Assembly: GCA_964016885.1 (NCBI GenBank)
Contig: OZ024750.1
Span: forward strand, 52,824,001-52,888,000
DNA length: 64,000 bases
From: Eledone cirrhosa
Taxonomy: Eukaryota
Direction: 5' to 3'
In this document: positions 25,273 to 38,099 of the stretch, piece by piece
Layout of the letters: each line of letters begins with the position of its first letter
How positions within the stretch are numbered: position 1 is the first letter of the stretch
The notes under the pieces: generated by a model
What the model was told of the DNA's origin: nothing
Database searches by the model: none
Seen by the model: the letters and a program-made list of their open reading frames with translations, nothing else
Program-made: the position numbers and the translations under genes

Positions 25273-25576
25273 AGCCACTAGACCAATAGTGTAACACTCC
25301 AGTGGTGATATATCAACTACCAGCCACTAGACCAATAGTGTAACACTCCAGTGGGGATATATCAACTACCAGCCACTAGACCAAGAGTGTAACACTCCAG
25401 TGGTGATATATCAACTACCAGCCACTAGACCAATAGTGTAACACTCCAGTGGTGATATATCAACTACCAGCCACTAGACCAATAGTGTAACACTCCAGTG
25501 GTGATATATCAACAACCAGCCACTAGACCAATAGTGTAACACTCCAATGGTGATATATCAACAACCAGCCACTAGA
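25273..25576. repeat. 49-bp tandem repeat, ~6 copies
   Basis: AGCCACTAGACCAATAGTGTAACACTCCAGTGGTGATATATCAACTACC at 25273, 25322, 25371 and onward. Confidence 0.97.
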
Positions 25577-26320
25577 GGTGAACTAGCTTACAAATTTAGA
25601 AGGGCCCTAGATAAACTTAAACTAAATATTAAGATAGTGGAAAGACCAGGTACCTCCATAAAAACACTTATTAGTAATACATACCCTTTTCAAAGACCTC
25701 CCTGTATAGATAAGAAATGCATAATCTATAAACTAAGCCCCCATATTAACTGCAAAACTAGAAACATAGTATATAGCATAAGATGTACTGAGAGACAATG
25801 TAAAAATAAGAATATAATGTACATAGGTGAGACAGCTCATAGTATAGGAGAACGATTAAATGAACACTGGCAAGAGCTTCAAGATAGAAAAGAATCATCA
25901 GTACTCTACCAACATGCTAAAAGAGAACATAGAAATAAAAATAGAATCTACACACAGAAAAGACGCAATGTTTAGACAAATCAGAGGCAATATACATAAA
26001 TGTACTCCAACCAAAATTAAATAGAAAACATGAATGGAATAGCAACATCACAACTCACAATTAAGGACAAAATGAAAACACACATAGAACAAACAACTAA
26101 CTAGTAACATAAAGAAACAAATAAAAACACACAGACACCCGGATGTAACACATGCGCAAACTAAGCACACAACACACACAAAAACAAGATGGCGTAGGAC
26201 AGAACAAAGGAGAGGCACAAAACAAAGAAAAGAATCCCCAGTCACTGAAGAGGTCACAGAATGTGTGACGAAAGAACTTTGACAATATATGAACCGTCCG
26301 GTTGTGGAACCAACCAACCA
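25560..26320 (+). mobile_element. Penelope-like element fragment B (GIY-YIG end and 3' pLTR)
   Basis: NCKTRNIVYSIRCTERQCKNKNIMYIGETAHSIGERLNEH..HAKREH, a frameshifted KDAMFRQ..EAIYINVLQPKLNRKHEW, then an HHR. Confidence 0.85.
26241..26283 (+). ncRNA. Minimal type I hammerhead ribozyme, intact core, in PLE 3' region
   Basis: GTCA-CTGAAGA-G GTCAC AGAATGT GTGAC-GAAA-GAAC-TT-TGAC, about 200 bp downstream of the GIY-YIG coding end. Confidence 0.8.
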
Positions 26321-26434
26321 ACCGGAAATTTATAATTTAATTTATAATAAATTGAAGTGAAAGCAACTGGTGCATGTGTTTCTTATTGGCAACATGACCC
26401 TCCCAAAGTATAACAATAAATATATATATATGTA

Positions 26435-26467
<33 letters not shown>

Positions 26468-26469
26468 CT

Positions 26470-26690
26470 ATCATCATCATCACCGTTTTACGTCCGTTCT
26501 TCCACGCTAGCATGGTTAGATGGGTTGTCCTGTTGTGGGCAGTGTCTGGTCGGCTGACCATGCCTTGCTCATACAGGAACTGATTTTGGCTTGATTTCTA
26601 CAGCTGGATGCCCTTCCTAACACCAACCTCATTTACAGTGAGTGCTGGGTGCTTTTTCTGTGGCGCCTACACGTCCACTTTACAGTGCGG
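26470..26690 (-). mobile_element. 3' half of RTE-tailed SINE
   Basis: Reverse complement of ~57140-57360, with (CAT)n tail. Confidence 0.8.
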
Positions 26691-26709
26691 GCTATATATA
26701 TATGTATAT

Positions 26710-26742
<33 letters not shown>

Positions 26743-26819
26743 CATATATATGTATATATTTGTATATACATATATATGTATATATATGTATATACATATA
26801 TATGTATATATATGTATAT

Positions 26820-27385
26820 ATAAATGGAAAAAATGAAATTTCATTTCTCACTCTTAGTACGGCTGATACTTAAATATAAGTATGTATACGTACATACATA
26901 TATGTATACAGACGTACAGTAGTATGTATATACATACATACATGAACACATATACATATATATATGTACGTATGGGTTTACTGAAGATTTATTATAATGT
27001 TCGGTTTGTTTGTAAACAAACAGCCCGAATTAAGCCATACAGTGTTCGGCAACCATCGTTGCCCTTTTGTTCAACACTGACAAAGGAACGATGAACTAGT
27101 TTCTAGCTTATTAGCTGTCATCAGCACCGTATACCTTCCTGTCAATCGATTGAACGTTTGAAAGTATATACTTTCCTTATGCATATTAACGGCTGAGCAG
27201 CCTAATTTGCATATCGAGTGAGTTAGTCGGCCGGGCGTACCGAAAACGATAAATGGAAAAAATGAAATTTCTTTTCTCACTCTTAGTACGGCTGATACTT
27301 AAATAAAAGTATGTATACGTACATACATATATGTATACAGACGTACAGTAGTATGTATATAAATACATGCACACATATACATATA
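26820..27385. repeat. Direct repeat pair (~115 bp; starts 26820 and 27249) enclosing an HHR
   Basis: ATAAATGGAAAAAATGAAATTTC..CTCACTCTTAGTACGGCTGATACTTAAATA..CAGACGTACAGTAGTATG occurs twice, about 430 bp apart. Confidence 0.9.
27088..27130 (-). ncRNA. Minimal type I hammerhead ribozyme, intact core
   Basis: Minus strand ACGGTG-CTGATGA-C AGCT AATA AGCT A-GAAA-CTAG-TT-CATCGT: 6-bp stem I with one G-U pair, 4-bp stem II, palindromic CTAG loop III and GUU triplet. Confidence 0.82.
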
Positions 27386-28275
27386 CAGGGTGCGGACGAT
27401 ATTTGTTCGCAATTTTCAACTGCTAATTTTATGCAAATTTTTTTTACTTCCGTTGTCACTCTTGTCTTCATAAAAACTGACTATATTTCCATTATTTATT
27501 TTCAGAATAATTGATTATGAATAATTTTGAACCTCCAAATTTGTGGAAGAGACACAGAGTTCTTCTTGGAATCCGCGCCAGAAGGACAAATAAGACCAGA
27601 AGATCAACTCCCAGAACAACAGCTGGCTCGCTGTCTCATCCAAAGACGTGCCCAGGGTCATGCAGACAAAGTTTCCAGCGACAATTTTGGTCTTAGGTAT
27701 CATCAGCAGTCAAGGTGACATCATGCCACCTCACTTCTTCCCTGGAGGCCTCAAGCTGAACACCGATGGCTACATCCGCGTTCTGAGTGAGGTAGTAAAG
27801 CCCTGGATCGACCAGGTAGCTGCAGGTAGGCCGTACGTGTGGCAGCAAGACTCAGCATCCTGACACACCAGCTAAAAGACCCAAGCCTGGCTGTCAGAGA
27901 ACTTCGTCGACCACACTTCACCTGACATCTGGCCTCCCAGCTCGCCTGACTGCAACCCCCTCGACTCCTTTGTGTGAGGCACAGTGGAACGAGACACCAA
28001 CAGATCTAGCTGCAATACGAAAGACGATCTGAAGGCCAGGATCACAAGTGCCTTTAGGGGCCTAAATCGGGGGACAGTGACGAAGGCCTGTAGCCGGTTC
28101 CGAGGCCGCCTTGAGGCCATCATCAAAGCCAATGGCGGGTTTATCGAGTGAGATCGAAAGAACAAGTCATGAAGACAAACTGACCCAAGTTTGATAAATA
28201 TATCTTAAAAAATAAAACTACTGTGTTATTTTTTCCTAGACAGTAATCTTGCGAACAAATATCGTTTGCACCCTG
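27386..28275 (+). mobile_element. Tc1/mariner DD37D (maT-like) transposon, internally deleted, with stop codons
   Basis: TIRs CAGGGTGCGGACGATATTTGTTCGCAA / TTGCGAACAAATATCGTTTGCACCCTG with TA flanks. Remnant TKFPATILVLG..WQQDSAS..WPPSSPDCNPLD has 37 residues between the 2nd and 3rd Asp. Confidence 0.92.
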
Positions 28276-28949
28276 TATATATACATATGTACATATATAT
28301 ATACATATATACATTCCTTGCAAGCAGGGAAAAGCGGACGTAAAATGATGATGATGATGACATATATATATATATATATTTTGAACATTTATACAAGAGC
28401 AACTCTGTCTATCCCAAGTGTGCTCTTATCTGGAAGAAAGTGGCAATTATATCATTTCAAAGCTTTCCAATGTTCCCTTTAATGAAACGGACAGAATAAA
28501 TGTTAATATCTAACTTGATGTCCTCTCTGCTTTGCGAGCTTAGAGACCACGGAAGAGGGTTTTCATGACCGTGTGGGAGGGTATATTTATTAGTAAATGG
28601 TAAAATATATACAACAAATGAGTAAGTGAATTGTAGTAGATGGTTTCCAGTCCATAGTGTTAACTCGTTACGGTTGAGTCAATAATTTCAGACATGAAAT
28701 ACATTGTTATCGGCGAAGGAAAGATAAGATTCTAACTGGCTGCGCTCAAAGTGTCCTTGACCCAGTTGACTGTGGATTTTTCCATTGTTAGGATCTCAAT
28801 TGCCGGTTAATGTCTAGACATGCCTGCACACCTGCTCACAGCTGTGGTCAGACCATAGTTATGCTGTCTGCATGCTCATTCAAATGCATTCACACTGGCT
28901 GTCTCAAAGACATACAAATATGGCTTATAAAACTTACCAAAGTAAAGAG

Positions 28950-30230
28950 CCTTCTCCTGTTTATTATTGCCCTACAGGCTACAACAGAAGAGTTTAAGAC
29001 TGGCTGCCCACAGGAGCTTCTGTATGCAGATGATCTAACCCTTATAGCTGAATCTATAGAAGATCTAGAGAAGAAATTTAAAATATGGAAGCATGCCCTA
29101 GAATCTAAAGGTCTTAAAGTCAACCAAAGTTCTAGAAAGTAGAAAGGATAACAAGGCCCAGATTCCCTCAGGGAGATGCTCTTGTTCAATATGCAGGAAA
29201 GGTGTAGGAAAAAACTCGATCCTATGCCTCAAATGCAAACTATGGGTGCACAAGAGCTGTAGTGGGATTTCAAGTAGGCTAGCAGAGAACTCAGATTTTA
29301 TATGTGGTCATTGCATAGGTGCAGTAAGTAGCCCATAGGATACTAACTTCTTTAATTGTCCAGAGGGCCCTGTAGAAGTGCTTGATAATTTCTGTTACCT
29401 GGACGACCAAATTAGCAGTGGGGGTGGATGTTCCGAAAGTACTGTAGCTAGAGTGAGAACAAGATGGAGAAAGTTCAGGGAGCTACTACCACTGCTAACT
29501 ACAAAAGGTTTTACACTCAAAATGATGGGTAAATTATATGATGTGTGTATATGAACAGCAATGTTGCATGGCAGTGAGACCTGGGCACTGTGTGCAGAGG
29601 ACCTGAGAAGACTGGAAAGAAATGAAGCTGGCATGCTCCGATGGATATGCAATAGTAATATACATAAATGGCAAAGCGTAAATGAACTGAGAAATTTAGC
29701 ATAAGAAGAATCAGATGCAGTATTCTAAAGAGGAGATTGCGTTGGCATGGATGGGTGATGTGTATGAAGGATGACAGCTGTATAAAAAGGTGCAGGGCGA
29801 CAAAACTGATGGAAGCTATGGAGTAGGAAGACCCAGGATGAGGTGATAAAAGCTGACCTTGTGCAATTGCACCTCTCAAAGACAATGACACAAGATTGAG
29901 ATCTTTGGTGTTCTGCAGTAATACAGAAGGCACGCCTTCCCATGTACACGGACTGAAACACACATCTAGTAGGCACCTCTTAAGCACTATACTCTTCCAT
30001 ACACTTCCTACACCCCAACACCCACCCACCTCTGTCCACACCACCCTTACACTGTAAAGTCATGTTGGTATCACAAAAAAGCACCCAGTCCATACTGTAA
30101 AGTGGTCATGTAGGTGTCACAACAAAAAGCACCTAGTCCACACTATAAATGTGGTTGGCGTTAGGAAGGGCATCCAGCTATAGAAACCTAATCAGAAACC
30201 ATTCTATATGAGCATGACACGGTCACCTAG
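28950..30230 (+). mobile_element. RTE LINE (PHD-finger family), decayed 3' half
   Basis: LLFIIALQATTEEFKTGCPQELLYADDL, finger remnant at ~29170-29320, C-terminus and 3' UTR motif. Confidence 0.88.
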
Positions 30231-31336
30231 AGAGCCAGAACAAATATTAATGACTTAATATACCACCTGTAAAGATTATAATCTAAAATATTGATTCTAC
30301 CACAAATTGATCTTAGTTGCTTTATTAAAAATATAATTAAACCATGCCAAATAGGGTTGAGTGGACCCTGCAGTGACAACATAGCAACATCTCTTGTGCA
30401 GGGGCTAGAAAAAATGTACCCAGTACACTCTGTAAAAGGAATCCGGCTGCAGAAACCATACCAAAAAGGGGCCAAGAAGTGTCTTCAGTTATGTCAAGGG
30501 CATGACAATCTCTCTAGTGTTGGTAACAATAAAATGCACCTTCTACACTATGTAAAGTTGATAATAGGAAGGGTATCCAGATGTAGAAAACTTGCCAAAC
30601 AAAGCGTCAAGAGGACTCTTCAGTTCTATCAAAGACATGACAACCTCTCTAATGCCGTTGCCATGATAAAATGTACCCTTTGGACCTTGTAGAATGTAGG
30701 AACATATGTAAGCAAGCTGCAACATCCCGGTCTATCTGAGAAGTCAGAAATTCTGATTAAATAATGACTTGGTCTGTTAGTATCAACCTTCCAACTCTTG
30801 CTAGCAAGGAAAATCCATGTTAAATGATAATTGCCTACCATCTTCATTAGAATCTCATCAGTTAACTTGGCAATTGCTTTTTTAGTTTATAAACTATTAT
30901 TCACATTTAAGTTATTCATAAGAGGTTTTTCCTTCCGGAATGATCCATCCTGATTTAAAGTCAACATAACATTAGCTGGACGTACATAAATCTAGTGGTA
31001 ACCAGTAGCAACCAGTGGAGTCAACAACCTATCTTACAAACCAACCAGTGAACCGGTACATCATCTCTTGACCTGCTAAAAACAGTAGCCAAATTCCCTC
31101 AAAACATATCCAAGCATCTTACATAAAGAAAAAATGTAAGAACCTGTTGTACAATGTAGTCTTAAATGAAAGCTTTCCAAACTGTTTTGTGATACTTTTA
31201 TGTTGCTGATAATCTGCAGGTCATCAGTTAACATCTGTTTCCCGTGTTAACTAGGACAGGTCTTTATAGATGAAGTCAGTACTTAATTAGTGCTGTGGAC
31301 CTCTCAGACAGGCCAGGCCCACATCTTACATACATT

Positions 31337-32068
31337 CCAGCACTCTGCAGAGTACAGGCTCCAGCACTCTACACTGAGTACAGGCTCCAACACTCTACAC
31401 TGAGTACAGGCTCCAACACTCTACACTGAGTACAGGCTCCAGCACTCTACATAGATTACAGGCTCCATCACACTACACTGAGTACAGGCTCCAGCACTCT
31501 ACACAGAGTACAGGCTCCAGCACTCTACATAGATTACAGGCTCCATCACACTACACTGAGTACAGGCTCCAGCACTCTACACAGAGTACAGGCTCCAGCA
31601 CTCTACATAGATTACAGGCTCCATCACACTACACTGAGTACAGGCTCCAACACTCTACACAGAGTACAGGCTCCAGCACTCTACACAGAGTACAGGCTCC
31701 AGCACTCTACATAGATTACAGGCTCCATCACACTACACTGAGTACAGGCTCCAGCACTCTACACAGAGTACAGGCTCCACCACTCTACATAGATTACAGG
31801 CTCCATCACACTACACTGAGTACAGGCTCCAACACTCTACACAGAGTACAGGCTCCAGCACTCTACAGAGTACAGGCTCCAGCACTCTACACAGAGTACA
31901 GGCTCCAGCACTCTACATAGATTACAGGCTCCATCACACTACACTGAGTACAGGCTCCAGCACTCTACACTGAGTACAGGCTCCACCACTCTACACTGAG
32001 TACAGGCTCCAGCATTCTACACAGAGTACAGGCTCCAGCACTCTACACTGAGTACAGACTCCAGCACT
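31337..32068. repeat. 26-bp minisatellite (GAGTACAGGCTCCAGCACTCTACACW), ~28 copies
   Basis: Tandem periodicity with a recurring variant TAGATTACAGGCTCCATCACACTAC. Confidence 0.97.
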
Positions 32069-32859
32069 CAGAGATTGTGATGTCTTTGACAAAGATGAGG
32101 AATTCTCTTGACCTTTTGTTTGGCATGTTTTCTATAGCTGAATGTCCTTATCCAGAGTGTACTGGGTGCATTTTCTGTAGTACAAAACTAAAGAGGTTTT
32201 TTTTTGCCATGATTGAAGAGTTCTTTCAACCGTTTTGGCAAGGTTTCTACAGCTGGAAGCCATTCCTAGTAGCACCAACTTTTCAGAGTGCAGCAGGTGT
32301 GCCAAATGTGATCAATTTTTCAAATATTTATCTCTGAAATATATTTGAGATCTACTTCTCTGTACAATTGGATGGATGACCGCTGATATGTGATGCGATA
32401 TCTTATTTATTAATTTCATTGATTTTGTGTCACTGACAAACTTAATGTGTCACAAAAATATTACCTTTAAAACTAGTGTTACAAATATGAACAGTTTCAA
32501 AAGCTGTCCTAGATAGACCAAAACGCAACAGGTGGAGCGACTATGGGTATAGGTCTGTTCAATCAAGATTAACTCTACAAGCTAAACAATGACCTGTTTA
32601 ACTTCACTAACAGTTCAATTTTGACTCCACTATCTGAGTTTTGAATTAATGTATGATACAGATATTGATCCAGTTGGCCTTCCATATCTATTGAAACCAA
32701 CTTTAAATTGTATGACATAGATATTGATCCAGTTAGCCTCCCATATCTATTGAAACCAACTTTCATTGTTATCATTTTATATCTGCTACTGATGCTGGAA
32801 TGGGTTAGACAGGTTGTTACAGGCCAAGTGAGTTCTCATTTGGAGTTACTGTTCTGCCA

Positions 32860-33150
32860 GATGGTGTGTGGCCTAGTGGTTAAGGTGTTGTACTTACTAT
32901 CATAATGAAGTGAGTTCGTCTCCTGGACCAGGTTGTGTTGTGTTCTTGAGCAAAACACTTAATTTCATGTTGCTCCAGTATACTCAACTGAAAATGAGTA
33001 CCAGCAGTAGCTGGGAGGTTTAACTCTGCAATGGACTAGCATCCTGTCCAGGGGGGAGTCTTGTACTCTCAGTTCCTTAACACCAAGGAAACTGGGATAA
33101 GCACCAACCTGTTAAACCTCTGGGCTTAAGAACAGACTTTAGACTTTTTA
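32860..33150 (+). mobile_element. Degenerate tRNA-derived SINE
   Basis: A box TGGCCTAGTGG, B-box-like GAGTTCGTCTC and central GTTCTTGAGCAAAACACTT. Confidence 0.7.
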
Positions 33151-33322
33151 AAAGATGGGTTAACAGTCATCTTTTCATTTTGGTATGTTTTTTTCTTAAC
33201 ACTAACCACTTTATATGTAGTGTGCACCGAGTTCATTTTGTCGTGGCACCAGCACCAGGAATATTGTCATGTCTTTGAAGCATCTACACTACATAATCCC
33301 CATTCTTTTTCAAGAAATTATG

Positions 33323-33480
33323 GTTTCTGATTTAGGCAAAAGGCCAACAGTTTTAGGGGAGGGGATAGTCGATTAAATTGACCCTAGTGCATTACTGGTA
33401 TTATATTTTATTGACCCCATAAGGATGAAAGGTAAAGCTAACCTTGGCAGGATTTGAACTCAGAACGTAAAGGAACGTAA
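33323..33480 (-). mobile_element. Meta-like SINE fragment
   Basis: AGGCCAACAGTTTT..ACTGGTATT..AAGGATGAAAGGTAAAG..ATTTGAACTCAGA. Confidence 0.72.
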
Positions 33481-34089
33481 TTGACAAGAATTATTAACGC
33501 TAATGAATATTTTTTTATTTGGCTAAATACACATTTTTTTCTGGGGTGGGGGAATACTTAAACTATTTTAGTCACAACTTTATTAAACACACATACGTGC
33601 GTTCGAATGATACTGCTTGTATCGGTGTTTGTCTTTCACTTGGACAACATGGTCATGATAGAGAAGTAAGACATGAATGCATGGCTGACACATTGTCCAG
33701 GCTTGTGTTTCAGTGAGGAACTGTCTAGGGGCAAACGCATGGTCAGCCTCCTCCTCTTCCTCCAAAAAGCATTAGCGAAGCAAATAAAATGGAAAAAAAA
33801 AAAAAAAAATCAGCTGGGGATTGAAATCGACCTGCAATTCTATGAAGCACCAAGCACCATTCCTCTAAAACCCTAATCAAAGAAGGTTTTTATGACTTAG
33901 AACAAGCCTGAGTTCTAGAGAAACTCATATGTATGCCTTTACATACAAATCATAGCTGCCGGAAGTTATTTACTGCATATTATTTACAGGCGTGATTAAA
34001 TATATAATATACGCATTTGATAAGTTGATTTATATATATATATATATAACGAAGGATATTGAGCTCTGCCGTCGGGATCATACTTTTTC

Positions 34090-34122
<33 letters not shown>

Positions 34123-34434
34123 CATATATACATACACACACATACACATATATATATTTGTTTAAAACATTTAGATTCTCGTGTAAAAAAAAAGGTTTAT
34201 AATCTCGAATAGAGTGAAAATATGAGACTGGTATGTTTTTGTAACTGGAGAATATTATACAGAATAAATTTATAGCTATGGACAGGATGTGTGTGAATAC
34301 GAAGTTACGGTAAAACTATAGCAATATTCATAATTTATAAAACATCTTAGACAGTAGATCTCCTTTAAAATGAAAATAACTCGTGCGGTTCACCGGATTC
34401 ATTGCACAAGTTTCACCCATATACAATGTAAATA

Positions 34435-34615
34435 ATTGTTTCCACATTTGGCACAAGGCCAGCAATTATCCAGTGCATTACTGGTACTTTATTTTATCGA
34501 CTCCGTAAGGATGAAAGGCAAAGTTAACCTCGGCGGGATTTGAACTCAGATCATAAAGGGACGTAACTCTATACGTCAAAGCATGGCGTCCGACTCTCTA
34601 CCAATACTGCCAATA
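34435..34615 (-). mobile_element. Meta-like SINE
   Basis: Reverse complement of 36601-36795. Confidence 0.82.
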
Positions 34616-34926
34616 AATAATAAAGTGTTTAATCTTTCAGACGCTTTGATTATTATTTACATTGTATTTCAGCTCTGTATTATACTTGTTATATTACATC
34701 GAGCTATATTCATACTTGTAACTGTAATATTTAATATTATTCACTATATATATATATATATATCCAGGGAGTGTAACGCGGAGTTACTGTAGGTTCACAA
34801 GGGTGAGCACTCGACGAGCTTTTGATTCCAGAGTCAGGCCAGATCGAACCTTGAGCTGATCAGTAGCGAAGCGCGCGCTTCACCAACCAATAAACGTAAT
34901 GAAGGAGTAACCACTCGTCCTTGTTT

Positions 34927-34959
<33 letters not shown>

Positions 34960-34961
<2 letters not shown>

Positions 34962-35075
34962 TTCAAATTCCGCCGAGGTTAACTTTGCCTTTCATCCTTA
35001 CGGGGTCGATAAAATAAAGTACCAGTAATGTACTAGGAAATTGCTGGCCTTGTGCCAAAAGTAGAAACAATTATT
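34960..35075 (+). mobile_element. Meta-like SINE 3' part, inverted relative to the 34435 copy
   Basis: GTTCAAATTCCGCCGAGGTTAACTTTGCCTTTCATCCTTACGGGGTCGATAAAATAAAGTACCAG. Confidence 0.82.
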
Positions 35076-35736
35076 ATATATAGCTGGACACCACCAGAGG
35101 CCATTAGCACCGGTGTTTGCATAGCTACGGCTTCCTAAAACCGTGTTTCTTTAGAAATATGAAATTTCTATACATATTTGTATAAAGCTATGCTTATTTC
35201 TTTTCTATATATATATATACACACATTCGACCCGATGAGCCCTAATACTAACTCAAACTAACCTTAAACCTAACCAATATATTTTCATTTTCTTCAAACA
35301 AGATCTATTATTGTCAGTGGCCGTCAATGTTTACATAGCGATATTAAAACTACTAGAGTGAAACCAAACTATTAAAATATTGTAATTAGTTTTATAAATA
35401 TAACATCATGCTCGCCTTTAATATTTAAAAACAAACAATATATCTTGGCTATCTCAGATGTATTGAGAATATAAACACTGAAATAAAACTGTTAGCATTT
35501 AATTCGAAGCAAAAATATTATAAACCGTAATACTAAATACAAATAAAAGAAGCAGAAAAATAACATACATGTTGTAGATTAGAAAAATATTGAGGAAGAA
35601 AACGAAGGATAAACTGCCAAATCAATAGAACACGTGCTTTTTAAAAACATGTTGGTTGTCGGTTTCATTACGAAAGGAAGAGCTGGGATGTAAATGAAAC
35701 TACGACGGCTTAAAATTAGGTTAGAGAAAGAAAAGA

Positions 35737-35778
<42 letters not shown>

Positions 35779-36600
35779 AAATCTAGACATAAATATGAAG
35801 AGTTGTAGGTAAATTACGCACCAAGCGGTAACAACTGCGAAGGATTGGTGAAAGTAGTCGCCATGACTGTTTTATAATGTCCCTTTCTTGTTGACAGCAG
35901 CCAAATGTTAATATATGTACAGATACACACGTGTGTGTACTAAATACTACGGATGATCGAAATGGTAACAAATAGAAAATAAATTGCGCTCAAAAGTGTT
36001 GCTTCATAATTTAGGCACAAAGCCAGCAATTATTAGTTTTTGGTAGAGGCGGGTGATGATTGAATTGAATCCAGTACTAAATTGGTATTTTATTTTATTA
36101 ATCCCGGAGGGGTGAAAGACAAAGTTAACCTCTGCGAGATTTGAACTCAGAAGTTAAAGAGGTGGAATAAATACCACAAAGCAATTAGTCCGACGCTCTA
36201 ACGATTTTCCCAGCCGGTTGCACTGTATGAGCTACCTGATAATAAGCACGAGTTGATCTTGTTTAGCTCCAAGTCAACTGTTATTAAACAGACCTATTAT
36301 CAAAGACGTTCCAGATATGACCATCCCGTATTAATTCCAGGTATAGTACATCTAATAGTTCTTGGTCAAATGTATCATTTGGATGAAATTTGGTTACAAT
36401 TTCTAGCAGGACGAATATCTACCTAGAGCCTTCTTCGATAGAATGGCGCTGGTTGTAAGGGCACAAGATTGTTTTGTGGGAGAAGCATCCAGAATAATTG
36501 ACGGTATTTTAGGATTATTATTGTTATAAAATAAAGTACCAGTAATGCACTGGGTAATTGCTGGCCTTGTGCCTAAAGTAGAAACAATTATTGTTATCTA

Positions 36601-36795
36601 TGTGGATTGGCAGTATCGGTAGAGGGTTGGACGCCATGCTTTCTAGCATAGTTACGTCCCTTTACAGTCTGAGTTCAAATCCCGTCGAGGTTAACTTTGC
36701 CTTTCATCCTTACGGGGTCGATAAAATAAAGTACCAGTAATGTACTGGGTATTTTGCTGGCCTTGTGCCTAAAGTAGAAACAATTATTGTTATCT
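36601..36795 (+). mobile_element. Near full-length Meta-like tRNA SINE, preceded by a duplicated tail at ~36525-36598
   Basis: A-box-like TGGCAGTATCGG, B box GAGTTCAAATC, conserved central domain and tail GGCCTTGTGCCTAAAGTAGAAACAATTATT. Confidence 0.85.
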
Positions 36796-37295
36796 ATCTA
36801 TGAGTACATATGTGTACATCGGCCTGAAAAAAGAAAGGTATATACACCAAAGTTGGTCGTTGTCAGTCAAACGACTTACTGAAAATATGTCATAATGCAA
36901 TGCGACCCTCCCAAATAATTTCAACGTGTAGTCTGGCAAGCTAACATAGTTTTTTACACTTCTTGTTTTGACGCCTCTATTACTAATCCTACATTACACC
37001 GTATGATTCTCCACCACTGGACAACATTGTTAGGAGGCAATCATGTTTACTGATTTATTTCTTGATCGCAGAAAATGTTTATATATTTAATATAATTATA
37101 TAAAAAATTCTTACAAAACTGATCCTTTAAGATTCAGTTTAGTGATGCGCCTCTCTGAGGTACCCATTGCAGCTACTTAGTTGGCCAAATGATAGCTCCA
37201 GTCCTGCATAACCCTAGCAACACAATATATTTCAAACATATTATAAACATAAAATACTTTTTCACAAACTCTGTAGAATTTAAAATAATTTCATA

Positions 37296-37470
37296 TACGC
37301 GGGTTGGCCAAAACGTTCATAGGTTGACTACGAAGAAGTGATGCTAGAGCTGTGAAATCTTGCATGCAGTGATTTCAACTTAATTAATGGCAACTTCTTT
37401 TTCCGTCTTTAAAGGTCTTCACCCTATTTTATAAACAATTTTATTGCATCTCAGCGCATGAGCACATCAC
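37296..37470 (+). mobile_element. Possible mariner-derived terminal fragment
   Basis: TACGCGGGTTGGCCAAAACGTTCATAGGTTGAC resembles a mariner TIR (TACGAGGG..). No matching second TIR was seen. Confidence 0.4.
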
Positions 37471-38099
37471 TGCTTATATTTCATATAAATTTAACCAAGG
37501 CTATGTACTGCTGTTGTTCTTTAGCCGCAGCTATAGTAAAATGTGTTCCTGTCATTACCAGTTTCTTCCTTTGGTTTATCAAGGACTACATTGTCGAATG
37601 TGTCCTTTATTTAAGATGGTATGTTGTGGTTCGATGTAGATTTGGCTGTCATTTCTAGCAGAGCAAGCAATCACGTAGGGTCTCCCTCATTAGCTCAATT
37701 GGTGTGATCACCAGCTATAATGTGTATTTTGGAGTATGGTAACTGGTTCAATTTAAACTAGCTATAGATACTTTCCTTTCTGATGGGATGTTAGCAACAT
37801 GATGATGCTGGTTGTGTGTGTGGGGTGGGGGGGGGGGGTATTGTGACGCAGGATGTAACAAGGCTGACCCCTTGAGTTATAGGTACAGTCCCTCTGACAA
37901 GATTCCAATTGGTTCAAACCAAGACCATGGTAAAAAATACTTGCCCGTGTAGTGAAATTGATCCCATCATCTCCCACCTTTTATTTCAGAGAAGGTCAGG
38001 GCCAGGCTTTCACCTAAGCTATATATAATTTGAGGCTCTTTTCTAAAGAAATTTCGCAAAAAATTATACATGATTATTATTTTTTATATTAGTTTATAG

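Noticed and set aside
25975-26240. Possible SECIS / selenoprotein-type (Naiad-like) Penelope
   Set aside because: The fragment has no in-frame TGA at Cys positions, and the A/C-rich 3' region shows no convincing SECIS stem.
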